Shown here piece after piece: positions 10,001 to 21,500 of a stretch of DNA of 64,000 nucleotides. The notes beneath the pieces are model-generated. The model was not told the DNA's origin. It worked only from the letters and a program-made list of their open reading frames with translations, and ran no database searches. The stretch covers positions 30,194,001 to 30,258,000 of the forward strand of contig NC_083288.1 of the NCBI RefSeq assembly GCF_963506605.1, written 5' to 3'. The stretch is from Zootoca vivipara. Its lineage: Eukaryota. The translations under genes were made by a program, and so were the position numbers. Positions within the stretch are counted from its first letter, which is position 1. Each line of letters starts with the position of its first letter.

Positions 10001-13000
10001 CATCTGGTGAATAAGGATTCAAAGACTGAAGGAATTTTGGAAATTTGTCTATTGGACTGCTGTGGACAGCAAAGGACAAGGCTCCCTGAAAGACTTCTAT
10101 ACTCCAGCTCCTGTGAAACTGTAGTGCTGGGAAGTCCCAGTCAGCTGTCAAGATCCACACTCTTCCTAGAGATGCCCCTGCCATATTTACTGTTCGTATG
10201 TGATACAGCAAAGATATCATATGAAGTACAGGTGCAGTTGCTGCGTATACAATAACTGCTTTTGCTCGGGGGTGGTTAACAAGGTGGGCCATGTTCCCTG
10301 TACTTTGGTCATCATCAAGTAATTTGGAAAAGTCTGTCTGGGATGGCATTGTTTCTGTGAAAGCCAAACAGAAGCCATTCTGGGAAAGCTTTGGTACCAA
10401 GGTCTCCACAAAATTCTCTCCTTCATCGTTGCCTGATGTGATGATCCCAACCCACGTCCACTGGAAATGCAGAAGTAATTGAACGATTCCATGGTACTGA
10501 TTCTCCTCATTGGGAGCCACGCGGTACATGAAAGGGAACTGGGTTTTAATATTCTGAGGTCCAAATAAGTAGTAGGAGAGCTATTTAAAAAAGATGAAAA
10601 AGTATTGCTGAAACCAGATCAGAGGTTAATTGTGTGTTCAGAGAGGACACAGTTGAGAAATATTTATTTTGTCCTCTCTGCCTCCATTTCTCTCCTTGCT
10701 TCTAACCTACATTTCCCACCTAGATTTATTTGAACATATCTTCAATTGAGGCCATTCTGAATCCTATACCATGGATCCTGGATTCATCTTACTCTAGTTT
10801 TCCCCTGAACTGCTTTGAGGTAGGTAGGTAAGTAGGTAGGTTTGTTTGCTTGCCTGCTTTGCCATTCAACTGGTGTATCAATTTTATGAAATAAATAAAT
10901 AAAATAAAAAATAAGCCATGCAGAGAAGAAAAAGTTAAAAGTTACCATGAAACCTTACACTACCTTAAAATGCCTGATGGAATAAACAAAAGTATTTGTC
11001 ATGGGCCTGAAATTCAGCAAGCTAGAATTGGTAGTTGCAATTCCCCTCTGTTCAATCTTTACATTAAATAGTTATATACATAGGAACTTAATAAATATGT
11101 AGCAATTTTTAGAAGGATGTAACTCACATTTTGGTCATATATATGGATTATTGGTAGAATTATTGTTCCATAAATTATTGTTATCTTCATAAATCTTCAA
11201 CTCTGGCTTATACTTAGGCGTGATATTCAACTACAGTTTACTCAGACTAGACACACTTAAATTAATTCTCCTAGCTTAGTCATGTTAGCTACTTTCAATG
11301 GAGCTACTCTGAATGAAATTTAACTGAATGTAACCCTAAATTATTCTTATATTTAAGTTACTGCTAAGTTTGCATATGTATATATCTATCTGCTTTGCTT
11401 TAAATAAATCTTTCTAATTTATTTTATTTTTTGTTTAATTTGGGTCCCTTTCAGTTTACAACAAGAGCACTGGAGAAAGTTCAAGGGAGCTAAATGTCAA
11501 TAACCTATTTTCTGTTTGTGCTTTACAGTTAGCATTAGGCAGAATGTGCCACAATAACTACACTACTTTCATTTTGTTTTGCAAAACCCTGCATGCCTCA
11601 CATACGTACCTGAGGAATCTTGTAGATGCTTAAGATGGTAGCCATGTAAAGGGAGGTTTCAGAGCCAAGACCCCCAATGACACCTACTATATTATTTGGT
11701 GTATCACACCTGTAGTTGGGGACCATCCTTTTCACTTTAAAGAGAAGTTTCAGGGTAGACTGATAAGTCATCTTTTCACTGAAGTAGCTGTCATAGATAT
11801 GGAATCCCAATGTAACATTTGGTAAAATCCAGAGATTCTCATTAATCTCCTTCGCTGCAAACACCAAGGCCAGGACATGCTGGTAGTATTTTGTCACTGC
11901 ACTGTAATGAAAGCATAGACCACAATCCCATTCACATCAATCTCCTAGAACTCATGCATTGCTTTCCATGTCCACATTGGTCTTGCACAGCCATTTGATT
12001 TTTGGTGTGTGCATCATCATAGCTACACTGTACAACATACACCTTTACAACATACACATCTTCAATGGAAATTGTAAACAAAAATAGGTGGGTTTTAAAC
12101 TTATTTTTATAATATTGTTATTCATTGATTCACTAACTAAAGGTAGGGCATGTTTGAACTATGGAACAGGAAGAGACAGAGTTTGCCACCATTTAGATAT
12201 ATTATAAACTGTTCATGTTTCTGGAGCTCTATTCACAATAAATATGATAGAGTTTGTCATATTTTGTGAAGGCAGAATTGTGTCAAAGGAACCATCACTT
12301 CTTCAGTTTGTTCATTTTTAATATTGAGAATGTACATAAGATAGTGAAAGGAATCATGAAAGGAAGACTTGTGGAAAATAACAGTAGTAGTAAGAATTAA
12401 CAATAATTTTGTATAGTTCCTATACAAGTACTAAAATATATCTGGAGCAAAATACAGACAGGAGAGGAATGTATGACATGAGATGGAGAGGTCAGACAGA
12501 TGTTGTGAAAGCCATAGAAAAATGTAGAAGTCCAATACAATACAAGCAGCACGCAAGGGCACAAGATTCAATCAAGTTTCAATCAAGTATTATTAGTACA
12601 AAAAGAAAACAATAAGAGAACCATATACAAACGCTGACACAGAAGCCAAAACCAAACATCAAGCAGATAGCATATACAAATAAATACCAAAAGGCAAACC
12701 AGTCTTTATGGTCTTTGAGGCTATGTAGCGGCCAGCAAAGTGGCAGCAGGTCGAACGAAGTGTCAATGATAGACAGGCTGCCGGCGTTTTTCGCCTGTTC
12801 CGCCCATATGACGGGATTCTTCAGTAGTTTCTCCTTCTGCTTGATTGAATCTTGTGCCCTTGTGTGCTGCTTGTATTGTACTGGACTTTTGAAGAAATTG
12901 GCAGCATTAGCCCATTATTTCAGTTTTTGTTATAGAAAAATGTAGAGCAGCAGAGAAACTGGTGGACTTTAGATCTGAAAAAGGATTGTTCATACTCAGA

Positions 13001-13411
13001 AATCACACACTTGAAGTCAATGGACATATTTTTTAAAAAAATCCATTTATTCCAATGGGTCTAACTGAGTATGGCCCAATGTGGATATCCCCTGTCTTTC
13101 TATTATCTAACTATGAGATAATTATAACTTGCCCATAATTTTTTTTTTTATGGGAAACACAAAATTCCTTACAGGACATCTTCAATAAACATCAAATTGG
13201 GGTGTTGCTTGAAGGATATGGTGTCAAAAAAGGAGAAGAACTGAGAAGAAATACTGGCAATGATGAGGTCACCTTGCTGATAATACTCATGTGGGACCTG
13301 GAGAGGATCTCTCATGTTGCAAGTAAAGGGAAGGGCCTTGCAGTCAGTTAGGGGAAGAAACACCAACCACACAATCAATAGGCACAGCAACAAAATCAGC
13401 ATTGCAGACAT
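4080..13411 (-). CDS. V2R gene B, complete, 875 aa. Exons: 13173-13411, 11610-11901, 9735-10580, 6716-6937, 5330-5456, 4080-4981
   Basis: Exon lengths 239/292/846/222/127/902 sum to 2628 nt with an open frame. Signal peptide, Venus-flytrap domain ([18 protein letters not shown]), nine-Cys domain (CCYDCEPCP), 7TM ([22 protein letters not shown]). Exon 5 donor is GC (AAG|GCAAGT). Confidence 0.92.
5541..6203 (-). mobile_element. Sauria SINE, interrupted by a MITE
   Basis: Diagnostic ggtcatgtggccagcatg and ggtacctatttatctacttgcac segments, plus a tRNA-derived head (ggattcgaacc). Confidence 0.85.
5785..6080. mobile_element. Tc1/mariner (Tigger/pogo-like) MITE nested in the SINE
   Basis: TIRs cagtgggacctcgactta.gaa and ttcgtaagtcgaggtcccactg. 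TA TSD on both sides. Confidence 0.9.
7050..7290. mobile_element. Tigger-like MITE
   Basis: TIRs cagt(a/g)gta..tc.ggtta, TA TSD. Inverted copy at 9326-9566. Confidence 0.85.
7415..7669. mobile_element. Tc1/mariner (Tc2/pogo-like) MITE
   Basis: TIRs ccgtattggcctgaatataagcc and ggcttatatacaggccaatacgg. TA on the left flank. Confidence 0.8.
8219..9080 (-). mobile_element. 5'-truncated L1-type LINE
   Basis: ORF2 C-terminal peptide ([27 protein letters not shown]) and 10-bp TSD tgcaaatggt (8209-8218 and 9081-9090). Confidence 0.8.
9326..9566. mobile_element. Tigger-like MITE (same family as 7050-7290, opposite orientation)
   Basis: TIRs cagtggtac..gtaccactg, TA TSD. Confidence 0.88.
12529..12931 (-). 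mobile_element. Penelope-like retroelement fragment with inverted end and hammerhead-like motif
   Basis: 15-bp flanking duplication atagaaaaatgtaga (12514-12528 and 12932-12946). 49-bp inverted repeat (12528-12576 and 12840-12888). CUGAAGA..stem II..G(G)AAC..stem III..GUC motif. Confidence 0.6.
12772..12826 (-). ncRNA. Degenerate type-I hammerhead ribozyme motif
   Basis: CUGAAGA core (12824-12818), stem II CCC/GGG, 6-bp stem III ACAGGC/GCCUGU, GUC cleavage triplet. Carries an A13G substitution, no G10.1, and only a 2-bp stem I. Confidence 0.5.
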
Positions 13412-13608
13412 AAAGGTGAATCCTTCTTATGTTACAAAATCTACTGCTTCGGTCTAATTTTACTGCATACAGTATCTGCCCATTAAGAGCAAGCTATCAC
13501 AGTTTCTCTAGATTCTGCCAGTCAATGGTGGTACTTTACAGACTATAAAATTCTGAGTGGCACTGCTTCTCCAGTCTGTCACCCTGCAGTCTGTAAAACA
13601 CAGGCCCA

Positions 13609-13831
13609 TTTTATACCTGTTTTCTTTATGATTGCTCTTTTTTAGAGTGGTCACTGGAAATACATGCCATATGTGGCAAGGAAGAGGATCACCATAATTT
13701 TAAATAATTACAGGGTTCATAGAGAAGAGAACAGCTGAAGAAAACAAGTTTATTATATGTAATTTCATATCTTTTTCCTTTTTGAGTCAGCTGCAGCACT
13801 TGGGCTTAGTGTGACATTGAGAAAGAAAATG
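13609..13831 (-). promoter_or_regulatory. Putative V2R-B promoter module
   Basis: TATAAAA at 13609-13615 (minus), ccataattttaaataatt block and CAGCTG, homologous to A/C/D/E. Confidence 0.55.
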
Positions 13832-13833
13832 TA

Positions 13834-14140
13834 CAGTGGTACTTGGACTTACGAACGACTTGACAACCGAATTTTTCGACTTACGAATGGGGCTAATGGC
13901 TAATGGCTGCACGCTTATGAATGTCTTGACATCTGAAAGGAAACCGCGGCGGTTTTAGATAGGGATTTTTCGACTTACGAATTTTTAGATAGGGTTGCTT
14001 CGACTTACGAATTTTTCCGTTTCCAATGCATTCCTATGGGAAATTGTGTTTCCAATGGCTTACAATTTTTTACTTACAAATTTTTCGACCTACAAAGGTG
14101 CCTTCAGAACGGATTAAATTCGTAAGTCGAGGAGCCACTG
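13834..14140. mobile_element. Tigger-like MITE in V2R-B upstream region
   Basis: TIRs cagtgg..gacttacgaa and ttcgtaagtcgaggagccactg, TA TSD. Absent at the homologous site of gene A. Confidence 0.85.
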
Positions 14141-14419
14141 TATACTGAAGCATTCAGTCTGGGGATGAATCCCTAAAGCATGGGTGGGAAACTTAGAACT
14201 CCGCAGATGTTGTTGGACTCTCATTCCTATTATCCCCAACCAGTATGGCCAATGGTAAAGTATGATGGGCATTTCCATCCAGTAATATTTGGTGGGCCAC
14301 AGGTTCCCCATCCCTGCCATCGAGAAGATGGGCCTGCTGGTCAACTTCTGTTGAGGTTGCCTAGAATTTTTGCTGCTGCATTCATTGCTTGTTAAATTTG
14401 TAGTCAATGAGACTCCTAG

Positions 14420-14672
14420 AAACTTGCACATATACATCTGTCAAGCCAGGTGTCCCCAATCCTATATCTGTGGATCTGACTGTTCCTGCCTAAATGCACT
14501 GAATTTTTCATTTCTCCCTACTGAATTTCATTTTGTCAATTATGGCCCAGTTCTCCAATCTGTTAAGGTTGCCTTGAAACCTAATTGTATCTTCAGGGGT
14601 TCTAGCTACCCATCCCAGTTTGGTATCATCTACAAATTTCATGAGCAGCCCCTCAATTCCTTCATCCAAGGA
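14420..14672 (-). mobile_element. CR1 LINE RT fragment
   Basis: Minus strand reads LDEGIEGLLMKFVDDTKLG..LNRLENW (CR1 FADDTKL motif). Confidence 0.75.
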
Positions 14673-14964
14673 TACTTCATCCAGGTTTAGTATTTAACTA
14701 TCTAAAGTAAACTGGGTGCATATAAAATAATCCAGCTGCATTCTGAATTAATTGTGGCCTCTCATCAAGCAGGCAGCTTCAATCCTATTATTTAGTTAGT
14801 TAGTTACCGTAGTTAGTTAAAAATTACAAATAAAGAACCAATCACACATTTGCCAATGGAAGTGACAACCACACAATATCATCTTTACAGTAAGCAGACT
14901 AATGCAAAAGCCAACACAAATATATTTGGTGACAGGGTATTATATAATTCAATAGTTAGCTACT

Positions 14965-15123
14965 TGTGTTGTAGTGGCTAGAGTGTTTGAATGGGTTGTG
15001 CAAGATCAGAACTTTAGTCCCCACTCACCCCCTCATCACCATTCCAGTGTCACCTTGATCCTATCACAGTGTCGCTGCCTAACCTACCTCACAGGGATGT
15101 TGTGAAAATAAAATGAAGAGGGG
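14965..15123 (+). mobile_element. MIR/CORE-type SINE remnant
   Basis: tgtagtggctagagtg head and aacctacctcacagggatgttgtgaaaataaaatg core/tail. Confidence 0.6.
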
Positions 15124-15124
15124 A

Positions 15125-15127
<3 letters not shown>

Positions 15128-15177
<50 letters not shown>
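15128..15177. repeat. (CA)n microsatellite
   Basis: Directly visible. Confidence 0.95.
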
Positions 15178-15178
<1 letters not shown>

Positions 15179-15582
15179 TATAATATGCCACCTTCAGCTT
15201 CTTGGAGAAAAGATGGGATATAAATATGATAATAATAGATTTAAGAATGAATGAATAACATAATAAAATTCTACATTATTACCTCCCAATAAATTATACT
15301 CTGTTACATACTGTTCTCACATCTGACAAGAGAGCAGATCCATTTTGGAAGCAGTTCTATACTGTCAGCCTTTAAGGCAAAAATCTTCCTTTGGGGCATT
15401 TTGTAGACACTGAAACAAAGAACGTGCATGATGCGAAACAGATTTTTCTGCACGAAATCAATGTCCAAACACTTATGCTTCTTGACAAATAAAGACATAT
15501 GACTTAGGCTACCTTACTTCCACCAAGCAGATCATATTTTAAAGAAAAGTGCACTGGACAACCACATCCAAGTTTCTAACTC

Positions 15583-18500
15583 CTACTTATTTCTCCTTGT
15601 TAAGTGCTCCTTCTTGTTCAGCTCAGGCCTCAGTAAAATTATATAGCATTTAGGAGCAAAGATACAGCCCAATAAACCAGAACTAGAGGACAAGATGGAG
15701 AAGATCTCCACAGCCACCATGTATTTCCCCTTTGTGCTCAGGTAAGTTGGCAAAAAAGAGACCCACACACTGCAAAACACCAACATGCTGAAAGTGATGA
15801 ACTTGGCTTCATTGAAAGTGCTGGGCAATTCCCTAGCAAGAAAAGCCACAGCAAAGCTGACAAGAGCCAGAAATCCCAGGTACCCAAGAACAGAATAAAA
15901 CATAGGGACAGACCCTTCATTACATTCAACCACAATTTCTTTATCCAAAGTGTCCATGTCCAAATGTGGGAACGGAGGAGCAGTAAGGAGCCACACAGTA
16001 CAAAGTGCTCCTTGAATGAGGGAGCAGGAGAAAACAATAGAAGCTGCCAGTCTTTTCCCCACCCAGTTCCTCATCCTGGATGCTGGCCTTGTAGCCATGA
16101 ATGCCAAAATCACTGTGATGGTTTTTGCCAACACGGAAGAAACAGCCACAGTGAAGACGATGCCAAAAGCTGTTTGCCTTAGGAGGCAGGTCACTTTCTG
16201 AGGTCTTCCAAAGAACAGCAAAGAGCAGAGGAAGCAAAGCAAGAGGGTGATGAGCAAAGTAAACGTGAGACCACGATTGTTGGCTTTGACAATGGGAGTT
16301 TTCTGGTATTTAATGAATATTTGTAGCACCAAAGCTGTGGTCACAGAAAATGCGAATGCCATAAAAGCTAAAGTGATACTCAACATTTCATCATAAAACA
16401 GAAAGTTTAAACGCTTTGGTAGACATCCATCTTGGTCTCCATTTGGATACTGATCTTCTGGGCATTTTATACAATTGTCTATTTCAGGGAAAGGATAAAA
16501 AAGATATAACAACACCTCATTCAAGGAAACAGGTACAAAATGGCCTCTCTGGACACTCAGTAATCTTGGCAAAGCAACACTCAGATTCACATAGCTCATT
16601 ACAATGTGAGTTTATAGGCCTCTAAGATTCCTTTCCTTAAAGTTCAAAAAATAAATTCCTACATTATGGATTTTCTAGTCTAGACATAAGTGCTACAAGA
16701 GATGAGAATATGAAAAGAATGCTCCAATATAGTAGTTTCCAGTCTTTATGAATAGGAAGACACCTGTTTAAGCATATTTATTTTTCATGGACCCCTGTTT
16801 GCCTCACAACCACAGCTGATTTTATAACAGCATGTGAGCATTTGGCTTGATCCAGCATCAGAATCTTTTCTTCTTGAAATGAAATGGGGTTTCATTTTGT
16901 ATCAACAGATGTAGGAGATGTTACCACTGAGCGCTACCAATTCACACCCACCCACAGGTAAAACTTCCAAGCTTTGAAAATTTCACCCATGGAAATTGTC
17001 CATATCCTGCCAGGTTCTTGTTTGTCAAGCAACCATCAAATGCAGAGGTTCTCTGCTGGAGGGGGAAGCTGTCAATGTTTGCTGAGGTTTCCCCTGCCTG
17101 GGAACCCTCCACCTCCTCCCCAGATTCAGTGGGCATGGTCAGTGGAAGCTCTGGGGTGGCTCACAAGTTGGCTTCTCAGTTACCGCAATACAGAGTGAGA
17201 AGTGAAAATGCTGATCACAGTTTTGTATCAGTAGAGAGTGGAAGAGAGTGACACTGGACATAGCTGAGTAGGAAGGGAACTGACACTCTAGCAGGCCTGT
17301 CCCCAGGCTTGTTGCTTAGAAAGGCACTTGTTGACTGTTTGCCTGGGTAGCCTTCTCAGTGAGCCTTCAGGAGGAGCACTCTTGTGCTTCTGCTGCCACT
17401 GGGAACCCTCCACCTCCTCCCCAGAATCAGTGGGCATGGTCAGTGGAAGCTCTGGGGTTGGCTCACAAGTTGGCTTCTCAGCTACCGCAATACAGAATGA
17501 GCAGCTGTGGGTACATTTAGTGACTCAGTACTGGAGGAGGCCTCCTGCCTACTCTAAGGAGTTATGGGATGTGAATTCAAGTTGAAGCACAGTTAGTCCA
17601 CCCCAGCCCAGGCAGAAAGCCAGAAGAGGCTGCCTGGCTCTTTGGCAAATGGGCCATGTGAAAGCCACCGTAAATAGTTCTGGATATGTGAACAGACACT
17701 GGACACTAGATTCAGGCAAGGGGTCCACTGCTCACAGCATGGGAACCACTGCTACAATATGGTAGACACCTACCTTTTTTATTAGAAATCCTCCCTTCTG
17801 GACATGGGTCACAATCGTAGCAACAGAATGGCTCCCCTTCCTTCTTTTTGCTAACATAGCCTGGGCGGCACTTGTCATTACACACTGAAGAGGGGGCCTT
17901 CTGTCCATAAACAGAAAGGAGGAAAACATACTTAGTACAAGCTTATCTCAATGAATGATTCACATAGAAAACAATTCCATCAGATTTTGTATGCAGTACA
18001 TGTTGATCCTTTCTGGGAGTTATAAGAATTACTCCAAAAATTGACTTTTGTTAGAAATGCTTTTTGGCTTAGTTCTGTACAACTACATTTGAAAGCCAGA
18101 TTGATTTCGGGGACAGTAAATCTGTATGATGGGTGGCAATTTGTTTTGATACCTTATACAGTTCTGTTAGTGAACCGCTTCATTTTCTGGTATTACAGTG
18201 CATTTTTGGTAGAGCAGCAGGAGTGATTTGTGATAGCAGTTTGGTGACTGGGTGGAGTGACTGGGTGGATGGCGTGTTTATGGATGTACAAGATGAATGA
18301 ACCTGGAAGTTGACTTTGAACTCAGTAAAAGACATAGCCTATCAATTCATTTATGGTCTCTAGTTCACATAAGTTTCGCAATACCTGCTTTCTTTGATGC
18401 ATCTCTGGATCTCTTTGTGGAACAATAATGGAATGCATACTGCTAGTGAAATACACAGTAGTTTTGTCTCACTGAATTTATTCTTTCATTTCATGAAAAA

Positions 18501-21500
18501 GAAACATTCAGCAAATTGAGGGTTTTAGAAAAACAAGGGGGTTGTTTTCTTTTTTGCTTACACTATATTTGCTTATGCTCAGATATTCATTATTTTTTAA
18601 AATGGATGTATGAAAGTGCAATGAGATGTGTGATAACTGGATGAGTAGTGAATATTGTACTCAACATTAATATTTTGTACTTAGAACTAAAATTCAGACT
18701 CTACCTGGTTAAACATGCTATGCCATGTGATCATCTCATCATGGACGGTCAGCCCTCTGCCTGCCCATGGATCCAGCCTTCCTACTTTCACTCTTGAGAA
18801 AGATCTATTTGGGAAAGTTACCCAGTTTATAATATCAAATCCACTTTCTAATTCACCTTTCTCATCCAATGACACTTGGTCCCCAGCACTGTTGTTGAAA
18901 GAGATTCTCCTCAAGAATGGATGGAGCTGCAATCAAAGAGGTAAAAGCAGCTTTTAAAAGTTATAGAATGGGGAAAAATATAAATATTTTTGTTCTGCAT
19001 CCAACTTTCTTTATTATCCATAGAACATAGAATATTGATAACCTGTCTCATCAGGACCTACAAGGCAACTGAACTGTAAAATAATGATGATTTAAGACAT
19101 AATTAAACAGTAAAAACCATAAAAAAGAAATCAATACAGAACAGAAGTAGCAATAAAACAAGAGACTTATCAATGACTATAACTAATTTGCAGTTTTCTT
19201 AAATGACATGTAAAAGTTGTGCTCTAAAAGTCATCAGCAGCAGGGCCACATCAAAAAGGACTTCACCAAGATAATTTAGAAGTTCCTACTTTATTTATCC
19301 TCTCGTTGCATTTCAGATTGGGAGAGGATATGGAGCTAGTAGTTCCAATGATGATCTGAATTAATAGGTAGTAGGTGGTCATTGAGATAATCTTGGTCCA
19401 AACAATACAGGCTGCTAAATGAACTGGGTCCTAAAAAACATCTGGTTACCAAGACCATGGTCTAAGGGCCCATGATGTAGCCACACTGCTGAAGTTAATC
19501 AGGCTTGGGTTTAGTTGGGGTGTAATGAAAGTTTACATTTATTCCATGAGGGAAGAAAGGCAAGATAAAAATGGACTGTATAAATAAAATAAAATAAATT
19601 TGAGCACTCAGTATATGTGTGTGACTCTAATCACTCATTTCTTCCATATTAAAATCTGTTGTCAATTTGAGACACTGCATTTTTAAAGCACATGTGCTAT
19701 TCTAGCATTGAGGATGAAGACGTGTTCCTTCCTTCCTCCCTTCCTCCCTTCTCTTCTTCTTCTTCTTCTTCTTCAGCTACCAGCAGAAAGGAGATTTCTC
19801 ACTTCTCTAATATTTCAGAACAAATGTTTATTTGCTCATTTTCAAATAACTAAACAGTCTCTCTTGCCCATTTTCACTCACCTGGATCTGGTACAGACAT
19901 AATGCTTGATGTTGGCAATCCATAAATTCCAGAGGCAAGTGTTTAATTGTGCTTTCCCTCCCTCCTGCTCCTGCATTATTCATAGAACACAAAAGTCTCC
20001 TTCCCTTCCCTTCATTGCCTTTAGTCAGGACTTACTATCCCAACTGCCTCAGAAGAAGGGGAATGTATCCTGTGCTATATGTATTTCATGAAAAAAGAAC
20101 CTGAGAAATTTCATTTGCAATATTATGGGTTGTATCCAATGTTTATTCAACACAGAGTACATCCATGGAAATTAATACAGTAGGACTAACTTAAGTCCAC
20201 TTATTTCAATGGATCTTTTCTGAGTTGAACTTAGTTGGGTACAACCCTATAGGCCATGTTGTCAGTTGTCAGATTAGTTGAACATAATAGTATTCTGCAT
20301 TTTCTAATCATATCTGTAGAGTTACATTGGCAATGAGTTAGTACCTGCCATGGCTGCACATTTGGAAGTATTGTCACAGCTCTGTGCTTGGGGGTCAGTG
20401 AGTACATGGCATGCAAAGCATGTGCTATGACATAGGCAGCATTGTATACACTGTAGCTTTGGGGGGTCATGCTCATTTCAAAAAATGGTGTAGCAAGGCT
20501 CTCCAACTTTTCCTTCCCAGTGCAGGTCCCATTGTTCTCTCCAGCCACAGGGGAATCTAAAAATACACAGTGAAATGCTTGTTCCCAGAAGTCTCTTATG
20601 AAATTGTCCCCACTGCATGAGTCTGGTTGAAAGATGTGAAGGAAATTGTGAAATTCCCAGACTTCAGTAGAGTGCACTGCAAACGACAAAGATCCCTGGA
20701 AGAGTGTTATATTCCAATCCCTTTGATACTGTAATGCTGGGAAGTCCCATGCAGCTGTCATAATCCACACTCTGCCTAGAGATGCCCCAGGCATATTTTC
20801 GCTTTCTACTTGGTACAGCAAAAATATTAAACCCACCATAGACAATGTTTCTGCATATACAATAACTGCCTTTGCTTTTCTGTCTTTGACAAGGCTGGTC
20901 TTCTCCCATGCCTCTTGGTAGCCATCGAGTAATTCAGAGACATCTGTCAGTGGTGGCATTCTGTCTATGAAAGCCAAGCAGATGCCATTACGGGAAAGCT
21001 TTGGCATCAAGGTCTGCACAAAATCCTCCCCTTTATCATCAGCCAGTGTGACAATCCCAGCCCACGTCCACTGGAAATGCAAAAGTAGTTGGACAATTCC
21101 AGTGTACTGATTTTCTTCATTAGGGACCACTCGGTATATGAAAGGGTATTGGATTTTAGTATCCAGAGAAGAACCAAATAAATAATAAGAGACCTGAGAA
21201 ACAGTATACACAGATAAAAGTATATTAGTGATTGTGTGCTTTCAGATTTAGTGTGGACATATTTTAACTCTATTTTTCAGCTGTTAACCTTAGAATGAAG
21301 GCTCAAAAGATGGTGAAAGATTATAATTCATTAACTTGAGGGTGTGCAGCAGTACCATAGACTGTCAAAGAAACAACATGTGAATCTTAGGGGGAAAGAG
21401 AGAGAAATATTCTCTTTCACCCACTCTAGGAAAGAGCGTCCTGGCTTGGTGTTCATCATAATTAACTTGAGTGATATGGGCCTGTGATTGCCAGTGACTG

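Noticed and set aside
16479-16599. N-terminal extension of the 338-aa ORF, and similar ORF overhangs past splice sites
   Set aside because: Intronic read-through. Homology to paralogs stops at the splice boundaries.
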